64,000 nt of DNA from Octopus sinensis (GCF_006345805.1 NC_043001.1:54560001-54624000), one strand, 5' to 3'; positions 14,560 to 28,692 are shown, counted from the first letter of the stretch. A program made the numbers and translations. The notes: generated by a model not told the origin, from the sequence alone.

Positions 14560-15124
14560 TGTCTCTCTTCCTTTCATCACCAACGTCGTCATCGTCACCA
14601 CCACCACAACCATCCTCATCATCCTCAACATCTTCATCATCATTGTCGTCGTCGTCGCCATCCTCATCCTCCTCCTCATCATCATCATTATCATCATCAT
14701 TATCATCATCATCGCCATCATCATTACGTCATTTACATCTATATTTAGAGGTCTCAACCTTCATCATCTTCCTATCTCCTACATTTTGTTTTTCATGAAA
14801 TCATTTTATTTTCAACATCTTCACATTTTTTACCATTTACCAACAAATGGAATAGTTATTATCATCACCATCAACATCATCATTATCGTTATCATCGTTA
14901 TCATCGTTATAATAATTATCGTCATTATCATCACCACCAACACTCCCAACACCATCATCAATGTCATTATCTTCTCCATCATTATCATTAATCCCTTCGT
15001 CATCATCCCCATCATTACCAATATGTTGACTGTTAGTCTTAATCTGCTGCTTGCGTTGTTTTTCTTTTACATAACGTCTCATCAATATTGACTTTACTGT
15101 TTAACTTTTAGAAGCTGATAAGAC

Positions 15125-15184
<60 letters not shown>

Positions 15185-15270
15185 TAGTGGTGGTGGTGGT
15201 GGTAGTGATGGTGGTGGTGTTGGTGCTGCTGCTGCTGCTTCTGGTGCTGATGCTGGTACTGGTGGTGGCG
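14560..15270. repeat. Trinucleotide microsatellite cluster (CAT/CAC/TAG/TGG)
   Basis: Direct inspection; the source of the His-, Ser-, Thr- and Val-rich pseudo-ORFs. Confidence 0.95.
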
Positions 15271-15329
15271 CCGAGGGCAGAAGCAGCGAAACTACGAATA
15301 ATCAAATATCTAGAAACCCACAACCCACA

Positions 15330-15540
15330 ACCGAAAATACATGTGACGGCAACAGATCAAAGCTATGCCAGTCAAGTGGAAACTTCCCGAAAAGAATTTA
15401 TATCAACAAATGCAACATTTCTGCAAGAGTCTAAAGAGAGATTATATAAATTATATCGGTGCAACAAGCAGAACGTTCAAAGACAGATATCAGCAACACT
15501 TACACTAGTTTCACAATGAATATAGGAAGAACGCACTATC
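15330..15540 (+). mobile_element. PLE GIY-YIG endonuclease remnant
   Basis: TCDGNRSKLC...RIYINKCNI followed by NYIGATSRTFKDRYQQH resembles the PLE endonuclease seen at 10380-10600. Confidence 0.6.
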
Positions 15541-15561
15541 TTTCTCTCTCTCTCTCTCTCT

Positions 15562-15634
<73 letters not shown>

Positions 15635-16118
15635 CACATATAAATATCGTCGTTATGTTTTCTCTGTATTTAAATCTATACATTTATCTTTTACTTCTTT
15701 TAGTTAACATTCCCTCCCTTCGTCTCTTTCCAAATTTAACATCTTTGTTTTACATTTTTCTGGGGATTTTATTCATTATATTTTATTGTTGAACAACAGA
15801 ACATAGAAACCGAGAACACATGCTGTTATGTATACACTCTTCTTATATTTATGTGACCCACATTCCCCTTGAGGATTTCTCTTGGAAGCTAGCATGGAAT
15901 TTTATTCTCCCTCTCACTCATTATCTTTCGCTCTCGGTCTTTCTTCCACTCTCTCTTTTTCTTTATCTTATGTATATGTATATATATATATATAAACACA
16001 CATATTGTATGTGTGTGTGAGTGTGTGTGTGCATGTGTATACTTACATATAATGCATGTGTGTGGGATGGGTGTGCATATGCATGTACGTATGTATGTAT
16101 GCACATATATATACATCA

Positions 16119-16275
16119 GGCGTGGGTGTGTGGCAAGAAGTTTGCTTCCTAACCACATAGTTCCTGGTTCAGTCTCGCTACGTAGCACCTTGGTTGAGTG
16201 TCTTCTACAACAGCCTCGGGCCGACCAAAGCCTTATGAGTGGATTTAGTAGACGGAAATTGAAGGAAGCCTAGTG
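16119..16275 (+). mobile_element. tRNA-SINE family B
   Basis: GGCGTGGGTGTGTGGCAAGAAG...GGTTCAGTC...CACCTTGG...GTGTCTTC. Related copies lie at about 19425-19600 and 30178-30275. Confidence 0.75.
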
Positions 16276-16278
16276 TAC

Positions 16279-16336
<58 letters not shown>

Positions 16337-16474
16337 CTTTGTATCTGTGATTTGTTTTTGTTTCCCACTACCACTCGACAACAGGTATGGTGTTTTTAGG
16401 TCTCCGTAAGTTAGTGGTTATATATATATATACACACACACACACATACACACACACTCACACACACACACACA

Positions 16475-16508
<34 letters not shown>

Positions 16509-16510
<2 letters not shown>

Positions 16511-17660
16511 GTGGTGCTGTAAAGTTCCTGGCTTTAAATGTATCGCGAAAGGTTAGAACTCTTACATTTACAGAGGAGGTAGGACAATTATTTAGATGTG
16601 CAAAGAATCATGATGGTATACAATATATCTTTCTCTTTTTTGCAGATTTAACGCATAATGGCAGCTCCTACAGTGGATTTTGGTAAGATTGAAGCACGAG
16701 AGGTCATGAAGTTCCTCTTTTTGCAAAGCAAAGAAGTGGAAATCCATGGCGAGATGAGGGAAGTCTTGCAGGGCTACTGCCCGTCTTGTTCCACAGTGAA
16801 AATCTAGGTGTCAAGGTTTCGGACTGGTCATTTCGAGGTCACAGTTGAACTCGGTCAGGACGACCAGCTTCCGCAACCAGTGAACAAAGCCAACGCTGTG
16901 CATATCATGATTCTCGAGGACCACCGGATTTCAGCTGAAGTCATAGCTGAGACTCTGGGGGGGATCCTGCGAAAGAGTTGGCTACATCACCCACAACATT
17001 CTGGACGTGAGAAGGCTTTCTGCAAAATGGTTGCCAAAATGCCTGAACCCAGATCAGAGTGGCGACATCAAAGGCGATTTTGGACTGGTTTGCAACGGGA
17101 GAGACTGGTTTTATGGTTCGCTTAATTAGCATGAATGAAACTTGGCCTCATCATTATGATCCCCAGACCAAGCAGCAATCAATGAAATGGCACCACAGCG
17201 GTTCACAGCATCCCAAGAAGTTTCAGACCCAGAAGTCAGCTGGAAAGATTCTAGCTTCTGTGCTCCAATATAAAGACGGAATACTCCTCATAAATACCTG
17301 CCAAAAGGTCGCACCATCAACGAAGAATGCCAGATGTCTCTGTTGGACGAACTACGTGAAGCTTCGAAGTAGAAACGCCGTAGTGTTCTGTTTTTGCGGG
17401 ACAATGCACTAGTACTAAAGCTTCGAATTGCTAGATCACCCAACTTACTCTCTTGACTTGACACCTTCCGACTACCACCACTTTCCACAAATGAAAAAAC
17501 ATCGCAAGGGAACGAAATTTCACTCTGATTCTGAAGAAGTGATTGCTGGTTAGAGACCCTGCCTTCCTAGTTCTTTTTACAGGACTTAGGAAAACTAAAG
17601 GGCCGCCGTAATAAATGTTTGAATCTGAGAGTGGAATATGTTGAATAAAATCATTTTATT
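16509..17660 (+). mobile_element. Degenerate mariner DNA transposon
   Basis: VMKFLFLQ..EIHGEM...SRFRTG (HTH region), NETWPHHYDPQTKQQSMKWHH...KKFQTQKSAGKILASV and HPTYSLDLTPSDYHHFPQMKK. Frameshifted. Confidence 0.9.
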
Positions 17661-18569
17661 GAACTCGTAGAGCTGAAAAACGGAGTTGACTTCAGTAGGT
17701 TTTGAACTCACAACGCATAGGCTATAACTAAACAGGGCAAAGGTTCTTATTTTTTATCCGACTCTGATTTTACTATTTCTGCCAGTTCATCTCTCTTTGC
17801 TATCTTCAAAATACTGATGATAAAACAAGATGAATTTGGAGAAAAATCTGTTTCTTATAATGAAAAAAGTCAGTATACAAAAGATATATTTCCGCCTATC
17901 ATTTGATACATTGGCAAGTAGCCAACAGTTAATGATGCAGAAAAGATGGAAATCTTTCTTTTTCAAAAATTTCATCCTTCAACTCTGTGTAGCTCCGGGC
18001 TAAGTTTGGATGTTGATGGTCTGCGACGAATTTCATGAAATTATTCCAAATCATTTTTTAAACTGCTTGATTCTTTGGCTGCGAAATTTTCTTAGCTGAA
18101 CGGTAATATAAACTGCAGAGAAAAATCTTTTACAGTCTACCAGTCATTTGGAGAAAATCTCTCTGACAGTATATAAACAAGGTATGTATAAGGTAGTTCT
18201 GTGGAAAAATAGAGAAACTGATATGAAATAACTTGCAGTAGCTTTCAATTATTCTTTTACTGGTTTCAGTCAGTGGGTTGCGGCCATTCTGAAGCACCTC
18301 CTTCTAGTATTTAGTCGATCATAATGACCTTACTACTTATTTTTTTAAGACTGGTACTTCTTTTATCGTTCTCTAATTGTCAGGCAGCAATGCTACGAAA
18401 CACAACGTTACAATGCTTGCTAAGCACTGCAAATATGAGCGTACACACACGCGCGCGCACACCACATTTTCTTATTACTGATCTATACATGTCTAACACT
18501 ACATTCTGAAGCATACGTTATACAGAGTTCTATGCTATCTTGCAATACCTAAGCGATATATATACAGGC

Positions 18570-18638
<69 letters not shown>

Positions 18639-19050
18639 GGACCTGCCGCCTTGGTAGGCAAGGTAGGCAGTGCTTGCCTTGAATAAGATAGATTGATACC
18701 AACATTTTCATCTCATGGCAAAATATGCGCTTAATTCCATAAAATTAAGAAGGTTATTCTGATTACTGTGCACAAAATGCAATTTTTTTTTCCTTTTTGT
18801 AGATTAGATAGGCATAATTCGCCCCTGCTTTTCAATCTCAGTATTCAAGCTACCCATAGTACTGCTGTAGTACACGTGCTGCGTATATTTCTACGACACC
18901 GTTTTCTTTACGTGGTATAAAGGCAGAAATAGATTTGCCTTCAACTCAGTTGCGTGCCAGTGTTTCGCTTATTTTTTGTGCTTTACTACATAACTGTCTA
19001 CCCTGAGTAATTACTGACGACACGTGCCTGATATGTGTGTGTGTGTGTGT

Positions 19051-19095
<45 letters not shown>

Positions 19096-19621
19096 GTATA
19101 TGTGCATACACACACATACACATATATATACGTATATATATACATAGACACACACACGAATACATACATACATACATACATACATACATACATACATACA
19201 TACATACAGGGTGTCCATAAAATACCTTTACTGCTTGAAAACAAAATTCAGTATAAATAGATAAGGATAACTCAACAGAGTTTATTGAAAAACATAGGAA
19301 AACTAAGTTTTATCGGAAACATCAGAACACTCTTACATGGGCTCCATTAGTTGCACGCAACCTGCTGAGTTTTTTAATGAATTTTTCAAATTGTAAAGGT
19401 AATTTATGGACACCTTGTATAGACATATGTGTAAGCGCAAGTATGACCATAGTTAAGAAGAATACTTTGCAATCACGTGACTTCAGGCTCAGTGTCACTG
19501 CTCAGTATCTTGGGCAAGTTCTTCGTCTATAGCCCCAAGTCGACCAATACCTTGTGAATAAATTTGATAGACGGAAACTGCGAGGAAGTCCGTCTTGATT
19601 ATGTACATAATGTGTGTGTGC

Positions 19622-19683
<62 letters not shown>

Positions 19684-19932
19684 TATGTGCTTCTGTGCTT
19701 GTATTTGAACCTTATCACCGCTTGAGAACCGGTGTTGGAGTGTTTACGTTAGTATAAGTTAAACGTTCGGCGACAGACCCCAATAGAATAAGTGTCAAAT
19801 CTAAAATACATTTTCTTCGACTAAACCCTTCAAGCTGTGTTTCAAGGCGAGAAAGATCGAGCACACCCACAAAGAATATTTATCCAACAGTGTAGTGTTG
19901 AGCACTCGTTCTTGCCGTTCGATATTAGCCTG

Positions 19933-20028
<96 letters not shown>

Positions 20029-20247
20029 TATGTGTGTGTGTGCGTGTGTGTGTGTGTGTACAAAATATGTAATTATACAAATATAATTATAATAAGGTAC
20101 TAATGAGTAGTGCCACATGCTAGAAATAAACGCCAAATGGCTCTAAGAACTACATTCTAGCATGTGACGCTACTCATTAGTGCTCTTATAATTATATATT
20201 TGGTATTAATTGTTACATATATGGTTTTATTACATGCTGGCTACTTC

Positions 20248-20344
<97 letters not shown>

Positions 20345-20493
20345 GAAAAAAAGACTACATGTGGTATAAGTAAAATGCAATCTAGGTATAAAAGTAATAG
20401 CTTTTTCATATAAAATCAAAGATATATACATACAAATAAATGATTTGAGGTGGAATTAAGAAGTATAAAAATCCTAATTATGAGTCAATATAG

Positions 20494-20532
20494 AAAATCA
20501 TACCGGTTTCGTCATCGCTGTTCACTGACTTT
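20494..20532 (-). ncRNA. Minimal type I HHR candidate with G3-C8 swap (inverted copy)
   Basis: Reverse complement reads AAAGTCA GTGAACA G-CGATGA-C GAA ACCGGT A TGATTTT. Helix III is a perfect palindrome and helix I has one G.U wobble. Confidence 0.55.
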
Positions 20533-20566
20533 GAAACAACACCGATTTCCAAATCGCTGTTGATTC

Positions 20567-20605
20567 AAAGTCAGTGAACAGCGATGACGAAACCAGTATG
20601 ACTTT
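20567..20605 (+). ncRNA. Minimal type I HHR candidate with G3-C8 swap
   Basis: AAAGTCA GTGAACA G-CGATGA-C GAA ACCAGT A TGACTTT: 7-bp helix I, 1-bp helix II, GUA triplet. Confidence 0.55.
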
Positions 20606-21614
20606 CTATATTGACTCATAATTAGGATTTTTATACTTCTTAATTCCACCTCAAACCATTTATTTCTTGTTTATCTTATTTTCAAGTATAGTGCATGGAG
20701 TATATAGTGCACCTAGTACCACATTAAGGAATTTATCCTATATTTAAGTCAGTGAAATTGAATATGAGAGACGTTTGACTGCTATTTCTAATAAGTTGAG
20801 CATCCATGTAGAGCAGACATTGATAACCTTCGGCACTCAGGTCTCATGTGGCCCTATATACTTTCTATATGGCACATTTAATGTCATTATTACATAAAAT
20901 ATAACTTTTTGTTAGAATTTTGCAACATAACATCGTTTTTTTATTTGGTTTGTAAGATTCTTTGTGTCGATTCGTCTATTAAAACAAATCTTACTGTCTT
21001 AGGAAGGTCAAGGTCTGCCTTGAGAGTCAAAGCAGGCCTTAAAAAGAAAGGGCATGACCTTGATGAGTTCGCGAATAGCGACAAAAGAACTTTGACAAAC
21101 AAACTGATTGCTAGCTTAGACAACACATGAAACAAATGATTGATTAGTTGGTTAGATATTTTAACTGATTGACTAACAATAAAGAAGTGATGTTGAACCA
21201 GTGCGTATATCATGATTACTGGCGTGATGATCCTCCTAAGACTCAACCAGTTCTAAGTCCGTTTGTTTGAACAATTTTGATTCTCCTCATTTACCTATGG
21301 TGTCTTGAAATGTACTCTATACTACATACAATGTTTGTTAAATTATTTCTTTTTCAATGTTGCTTGATTTATGACTTGTTATATACAAAAGCGAAATCCC
21401 CCCACAATCACATCCCAACAGCGATTTTCCTAATAATACTGTGAGGACTGAGAAGGAGAACATATTTAATAAAATAAACATGGTCTTGAGCATTTTAATT
21501 TTGTCCAACAACATTGCTAAGTAGAAGAATTATATGGATACCGACTTTGTTGTTTCTACACTTGAATAAAGGGATGGAATCCAAAATATACCACTAATAT
21601 TTCATCTGTGGGGT

Positions 21615-21828
21615 AAGGCGAACGAGCTGGCAGAATCGTCAGCACGCTGGGTAAAATGCTTAGCGGCATTTCGTTCGCCTTTAGGGTCTGAGTTCAAATT
21701 TCACCAAGGTCGACTTTGCCTTTCATCCTTTGGGGTCTCGATGAGATAAGTACTAGTTGAATACAAGGTTAAATGTAATCGACTTACTATCCCACAAAAT
21801 TGCAGGCTTTCTGCCAAAAATTGAAACC
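21615..21828 (+). mobile_element. SINE family A (tail 1)
   Basis: Full-length match to the family consensus. Confidence 0.9.
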
Positions 21829-23486
21829 TCAAAAGGACATACTGGATAATTTATTTTCGGCGTACAGAATGCGTGACAAAGATACTGATCAGGCTGAAAC
21901 CTTTACTACTTTTTGTCTTTTTTCTCGACGGTGCTTTCAATCAGGGTATACCCGTAACCAAACAACAACCTCAACTGTAGTTCTTGTTAATTAATCTTCA
22001 GTTCTGATCGTATCCAACGCATTACATCATGATCTCACTGTTAAAGAAATCGAGGAAAGTGTTGAAGTCGTTACGGGGGTAGGTGGAGGTGGCGGAGTTA
22101 GTAGATGATTAAGAAAAATCTCTCGAGTAAGCGTGAACCGTTGTTTGTGCGTGCAAAAAGTTTCTTCAGAAGTGAATAGATGAAGTGGGAAATTGTTAGT
22201 TTTCTCAGAAGATAATCAACCATGTAACCGGAATCAGATATACTAACATAGCTTTGAAATTCGGTAATGTATATTCTTAATGGAAAATGTTCATCATGCT
22301 GGCAAGCAAGTTTACGGATGATTTTATCTGTGTTTTTGCTGTAGAGCTGTTGCTGTTGGGGGGAGGTGATGGTGGTGGTGGTGGTGTGGTGGTGGTGGTG
22401 ATGGTGGTTGTGGTGGTGGTGGCGGTGGTGCTAACCCTTATCAAGCAGATAGTGTATCTAATACTATATTATCCACTATGTCCCTCCTTTAATATGGTAG
22501 AGTGTGTAATTGAGTGAGATCTGGATGGTATTTATAGCAACTCGAACGACCACACAGAGGCTTCCCTGTTTGAAAACACAATTGATTCTGCATAATTGCA
22601 TACTAGGTAATAGCAAAATTTAGTTAAATGAATCTTTCTTCAAAACAGAGAAATAGCTTAGTATTACATTTATATTCATTTGAAGTCAGTTTCGGCTAAT
22701 TGTATATATATATTTTTTTTTTTTTTTTCTAATTTTAAGTTAAAACGTTGCAGAAATGCCGCATAAAATTAAACATTCGAGTTAATATGAATAAAGTTAT
22801 TTTGAAAGCTTCTATTTTTATGTTCCAAGAACCATTGCCAAAAATCTCAAATATATTTCAAGTCGTTGACGTCATAAGAATTTAGAAACTTTGACAGAAA
22901 GTGAAATAACCCTTTTTTAGAATGGTGCAACTCGAAATAGATAAAGCTATAAATAATAACGAGTATTTTTATTTTCTATATTTATATTTTTATGTGCTGT
23001 GAGTTTCACCGTTCAGAAAAAAAGGGGAAAAACAAGGAAGATTTCAAGTTATTTTTAACATTTCAATAAATTAAATGCAATCATAATTCAGATTCCGATG
23101 TAATTTTATAGTATTTTATAGAATTTTTAAAAATTAGTTTCCTGACCAAGTGGTGAATGAACATCATTTTGTCGTTCACATTAGGATGTGATTAATCAAA
23201 TTAAACGTTTCTCCTTCTTTTATCAGCTGAGTCTGGAAGGAGCTGCGTTCATGATGTTCGCAAACGCTTCAAGACACGGCTATTGTATCAAGAGAATAGT
23301 TGTAAGCAGATATCTGTAGAAAAAAAAGAAACATGAACAGAGAAGGAAGTCCAAAGTAATGACGTCCTGGAGAAAAGGATTTGGCAAGTGATTAGAGCAG
23401 ATTATGAAGGATAGGTGGATATACTATGAGTTATGAGATGAAGCTTTACGAATGGAATCAAAAGCACCTGATTGTCCATATTATGA

Positions 23487-23722
23487 TATCTATTTCTTTA
23501 CTACCCACAAGGGGCTAAACACAGAGAGGACAAAGAAGGACAGACAAACGGTTAAGTCGATTATATCGACACCAGTGCGTAACTGGTACTTATTTAATCG
23601 ACCCCGAAAGGATGAAAGGCAAAGTCGACCTCGGCGGAATTTGAACTCAGAACGTAGCGACAGACGAAATACCACTAAGCATTTCGCCCGGCGCGCTAAC
23701 GTTTCTGCCAGCTCGCCGCCTT
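23487..23722 (-). mobile_element. SINE family A (tail 2)
   Basis: Same head and body, with tail CCGTTTGTCTGTCCTT...TTTAGCCCCTTGTGGGTAGTAAAGAAATA. Confidence 0.9.
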
Positions 23723-24053
23723 TATGTCCGTAGTATGATATCGTGGTATGAAACAAACAACAACAGTAGCGGTAAAAAGTGCAGCGTTAGGAAATAGCAC
23801 ATATGTAGACCAAAGCCCGGAATATTTTAGCAAGTGACTTCGTTATAATCAGTCAAGTATTTTCATTTGGATGTGTAGCGGCAACACCGTTCCAGATCTG
23901 GGAATGGTTGTTAGGGCTTAAGTCGTAGTTTTTAGTATGTTAAATATGGACTATCGCCAGGAGCGAGATGGTTGAGGCTTTGCGTTTATAGTGATGCCGA
24001 AGGTTCTAGTTGCGCATTGTCCATGTTTAGGCGGGGCCAATATTGTTTTCCTG

Positions 24054-24265
24054 AAGGCGGTGAGAAAATAGAATTGTTAGCACACCGGGCAAAATGCTTT
24101 ACGGCATTTAGTCCGTCTTTTCGTTCTGAGTTCAAATTCCGCCGAGGTCGACTTTGCCTTCCATCCTTCCGGTGTCGATAAAATAAGTACCGAGTACTGA
24201 GGTCGATGTAATCGACTACCCCTCCCCCGAAATTACAGGCCTTGTGCCAAAATTTGAAATCAATA
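24054..24265 (+). mobile_element. SINE family A (tail 1)
   Basis: Full-length match to the family consensus. Confidence 0.9.
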
Positions 24266-24269
24266 TATT

Positions 24270-24750
24270 TATTGAGCGCATCTTTGCGCTACTGAGAATG
24301 ACAACATTGGTATAACCCCGTTGAAGGATGCTTCCAAAATTTCTGTTCATAGAGTGAGTGCAGGTCTGCCATGAAATGTCTAGATTACATGTGGATGATG
24401 CTTGGATGGGGAAAGTTATGGAAGCATAAAAGATAGTATCGTCTGCATAAAGATGAGCGTTGTTGGTGATAAAGGCTAAGTAGGTTGTCAATGTATGTTA
24501 GGAAAAGTATGAGGACAAAAACTGAACATTGAGGCAGACCAGATATGATAGAGTGTAGTTCAAAAAGAACTCAATGATGCCGGTGCTATTTGAGACGCCT
24601 CTGATCCACGAAACTTGACAGTTGATCCTGTAGGTATGTAATTTTTCTATGAGTTTTGCGTGCCTGAGATAGCTGAATGCTTTGCCCATGTCAAGTACAA
24701 CACTGTTTTCATCAGATTTATCGACAGTGAAAGCCCACTGGTGAATGACC
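24270..24750 (-). mobile_element. CR1/L2-type RT remnant
   Basis: VLDMGKAFSYLRHAKLIEKL and LYADDTIFY motifs. Confidence 0.75.
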
Positions 24751-24993
24751 CAGGACAGTAGAACTGGTTTAAATCGTATACATTGAAATGGGTGAAAGTC
24801 ATTGTTTGGATTTTTGTGGGGCTGGGTGGTGGTTGTGGGTGGGGTGTAGTGGTGCTGGTGGTGACGATGAAGGCGATGGTGACAAAAGGAAGAGAGATAG
24901 AATGTAAAGGAGGTAAAAAAACAGAAAGGAAAAAGTAAAGACTCCAATTTAGATTGAAGTTTTGGCTGACGAAAATGAACGGATGACTTTGAG

Positions 24994-25059
<66 letters not shown>

Positions 25060-25249
25060 AGTGAAGAGTTTTCTCAGAGTTAAGATTGAGAAAAGAACCT
25101 TTTTAGAAAATCGAAAGACACTAACCTTTGGGAAGAGATTTCACAAAATGTGTGTGGCTTTTGCTTTTATAGATGTGCAAGCGCTTTCAGTTCTTAACGT
25201 TTACAGGCACGTGTTATTATATACAGTGGAAGTTGTTTTCAGTAAATTT

Positions 25250-26000
25250 ATTGTTGCCTATTTCCGGTTTAGATTCGGACTCAGAAATCTTATGAAATCT
25301 TCTTTTGCCTTCCGGAGAAGGTCGTTCTCTTCATTTATTTTATGAAGTGGGAAAATTGTAAATTTTCCTTGTGCAAATGATCGCTATATGGTATGCATCT
25401 AACTGTGGGATGTTTTATTTCATGTCAATGCACATTTACACGGTTGGTTAGTTTCGTTTTTGTTTCCCCAATATAATGTTCGTTGCATTGTGGAAATGTG
25501 ATACAATATATCAGGTTTTTGCTTTTGTAGTTCATATTTGCATTCACACTTAATTCTTTTCCATTCTTGAATTTTTTGGCTGATCCCTGTTCTTTTAAAT
25601 CACATGTCCCAAATCGGGGGTTTCCACATTTGGTAACTTACATCATTTCCTCCTCTGATGCAAATCTTACTTTGGTTAGAAGTTTAAGATTTGGTGGTTG
25701 CCTTCGGCTGTTGATTATTTGTTGTTCCTTGATAATTAGTCGGAGACATAGGGACTGGTGTAGAATTGGTAGAAGGCGTTTGGCTGTTTGTAGAATATTG
25801 TGGTTCTTGGGATTGTGAGTGATAGCAAAAGGGATATATTTAGCTTCAGTTATCGTTTGGTGGGGGTATTTTTGTTTTTTAAGGAACAAATTAAGTTCTG
25901 CAAGTCGTCTTTCTCTTCTGTTTGTCTCCGAAACTACTGTACAAATTCGTCTTGCCATATTAAAGGATATGATCCTTTTTGTATGGGAAGGATGGCAAGA
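25250..26000 (-). mobile_element. Penelope-like element fragment (RT thumb + GIY-YIG)
   Basis: SCHPSHTKRIISFNMARRICTVVSE...NSRRQPPNLKLL, then NLIYCITFPQCNEHYIGETKTKLTNR. Confidence 0.85.
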
Positions 26001-26041
<41 letters not shown>

Positions 26042-26413
26042 CAGACAGACAGAGAAGGAGAGAGAGAATATGTATAAATGTACGGAAACAGGCACTGACA
26101 TACATACATCGTCGATGTATATATGCACACACACACACACACGATTCTGCAATTTCTTGGTGAATAACCTACAAAAATGATTTGTTTATAATGATGAAAT
26201 GCACTCCCTCCATCGAATCAACGTTGCTCTAATAGGTTTACGATGTACCTATCACACGTCAGGTATCGAAGTAATCGCAGAGTAACGTGAGATGAAGTGG
26301 TTTGCTCAAAAACACAACGCACCGTCCGTTCCAAGAATTGGAACCACGACCCCACGATCGTGAGTGCAACATTCTAACCACTAGGTCATTCGCCTTCAGG
26401 TATGCTTGTATAT

Positions 26414-26630
26414 ATCGGTTTCAAAATTTAGCACAAGGCCAGTAATTTCAGGGAAGCGAATAAGTCGATTATATCGACTCCAGCACTCAGCTGGTATTTA
26501 TTTTATCAACCCCGAAAGGATGAAAGGAAAAGTCGAATCTGGTGGCATTTTGAACCCACAACATAAGTCAAGAGAAATGCTGCTAAGCATTTTGTCCGGC
26601 TTTGTAACGATTCTGCCAGCTCGCCGCCTT
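26414..26630 (-). mobile_element. SINE family A (tail 1)
   Basis: Full-length match to the family consensus. Confidence 0.9.
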
Positions 26631-27320
26631 CACGCTGCTATATGTAGCAACCACAGTTGCCTTATTATATGAATTCGGTTAATTGCATATTCCACTTAAT
26701 TGTTTGTATAAAAATAGAAATCTTCTAAAACTATGCTAATAAGTATAATTGTCTGTATCAGCGAAATCTGTTGAAATGAATAATATAAAGTAGAGAGGAA
26801 GTAGAAATAAAATTCGTTAAGTAACCTTCCATCTCAAATATCGTTGATATTGGGTATGTGGTGACCACAACATCTGGTCAGACTATAATTAAACAGCGAG
26901 TTGCACCAACAAGCAACCAAATTTAATAATTTTGACAAATATTTGATTCTGCGTTTCAAAACCAAATACTTTTGTTAAATTAATATATCACTTGATATCC
27001 AGAATTCACCATCTTGTTTAAATATGTATACCGATAACAAGGTTTGTTTTAATATAAGTGTGTGTGTGGGTGTGTGTGGGTGTGTGTGTGTGTGAGTGTG
27101 TGTGAGTGTGTGTGTGTGTGAGTGTGTGTGAGTGTGTGTGTGTGTGTTGTGTGTGTGTGTGTGTTTGGTTACTAAATTAAAACAGTCGTTTTACAAAATG
27201 CGTTTGCGAATGCTTTATATTATAGAATATTCAAACAGCGACCTCTGTAGAAAATTAAGGATGCGCACTCACATATATAGGCATACATACACACTTATAC
27301 ACAAACATACACACACACAT

Positions 27321-27353
<33 letters not shown>

Positions 27354-28299
27354 TGCTACCACAAATGTAAACATCTAAATGTTACACTAATTCAAAGGGT
27401 CAAACAAAACGTTTTCTTAGAAGGGCTGCGAAAACAGGTCTAGAAATAGACAGTAATTCTTGCATTGGAGATAAGTTTCAATTTATAACATTAATAAAAA
27501 CTGCATAAAATATGTTTTAGGAAGCGTACGTGTTAGTCGTCGAAAAGACAACGTGAATGATTCAGGTATTACAGAAAAAAATCGATATGCATATTAATAC
27601 TAATAAGTGATCGATTTCATTCACACGTGTTCTCTGAACAAATATCTTTGGGCAAATTGAAAAGAAAATAACATATGTAAGTTAGCGAAATAGAGATTAA
27701 GGTAGTTGATTTTTTTCTCCCCCTCCCACTTCCCGCTTAACGCGTCTTTTTATTTAAGACAAGACAGATGTCTGAGGACAAAAGATTGATTCTGTTATCT
27801 GTACTGTTAACGCTGTCCAGATTTGAAAGATTGACATGGAAGTTGCCGCGTTCTGTAAAAGCAATAACAAAGAATGAGGGAAGGAGGAGAGAGTCTTGCG
27901 TGATCCAAAATGGCGAGCAAAACACATAAGTACAAACCCAGGCCCAAACTTTTTTAGAAACAAGGTCGATTTTTTCAATCTTAATATGAAAACAAACACA
28001 GGTATGTTAATAATTATTATTAAATTTGTGAATCAATCAAATCAAATAAATCCAATAATGAAAAAAATTAATGTTTCGAATCAATACAAAAATGTCTCTG
28101 CACTCTTTCGCTTCGGCGATGAAGTTTTCCGGGAGATGTTTAAAGCGTTTTCATGTTAGTGGATGCACTCGTACTCTCTGTACCCCGTGTTCCCGAGCCT
28201 ATGGCCAAAACACAAATAATTGAATTTTTATTGGTCTGAGTAAAACCGGTGGGAAAAAAATGACGAGGGATTAAATATCTCCTGACTGCTTGAGGTCTT

Positions 28300-28530
28300 C
28301 AGACAAGACTTCTATGAAGTTAATAGGTCTGGCAGATTTGTTGTTGACCCTGTGGTAGTAGAGATCTCTGGCCTTCTCGGTCTCCAGACCATATCCCTGC
28401 TCACCGCTTTCGGGGTGGAAATGGCTATCTGCAAGTGCGAGCCCCGTGAGTTACAGTGCTTGTTTCAGTGCATCTCCCTCATCATCTTCTGGGGCAATAC
28501 CTTTTGTCTGCTGGGACCCCGAGGCAGTCT
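28300..28530 (+). mobile_element. RLE-clade (CRE/HERO-like) non-LTR retrotransposon 3' remnant
   Basis: PVVVEISGLLGLQTISLLTAFG...EPRELQCLFQCISLIIFWGNTFCLLG resembles the P-x-A-V-E-T-x-G...DPRE..FLFQRIS.AIQRGNA C-terminus of RLE elements. Confidence 0.55.
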
Positions 28531-28601
28531 GAATTGCAGGAAATTGTATGTTCCACTGCTTAATGTAAAGTTACCCCATAGAAAAGTAAATCAAAGTAAA
28601 G

Positions 28602-28638
<37 letters not shown>

Positions 28639-28692
28639 GTGCACGTTTGTGCGTTCAGACGTGTCTGTGTGCGTATATCTATCTACCTATGT

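Larger units (their letters stand above)
20434..20665. repeat. 232-bp near-perfect palindrome
   Basis: Arms 20434-20535 and 20564-20665 (102 bp, 3 mismatches). The 28-nt spacer also folds (CAACA/TGTTG, CGATTT/AAATCG). Confidence 0.95.

Noticed and set aside
18324-18509. Signal-peptide-like ORF MTLLLIFLRLVLLLSF
   Set aside because: Overlaps a degenerate SINE (GTCGATC...CTGGTACTT...TTATCG).
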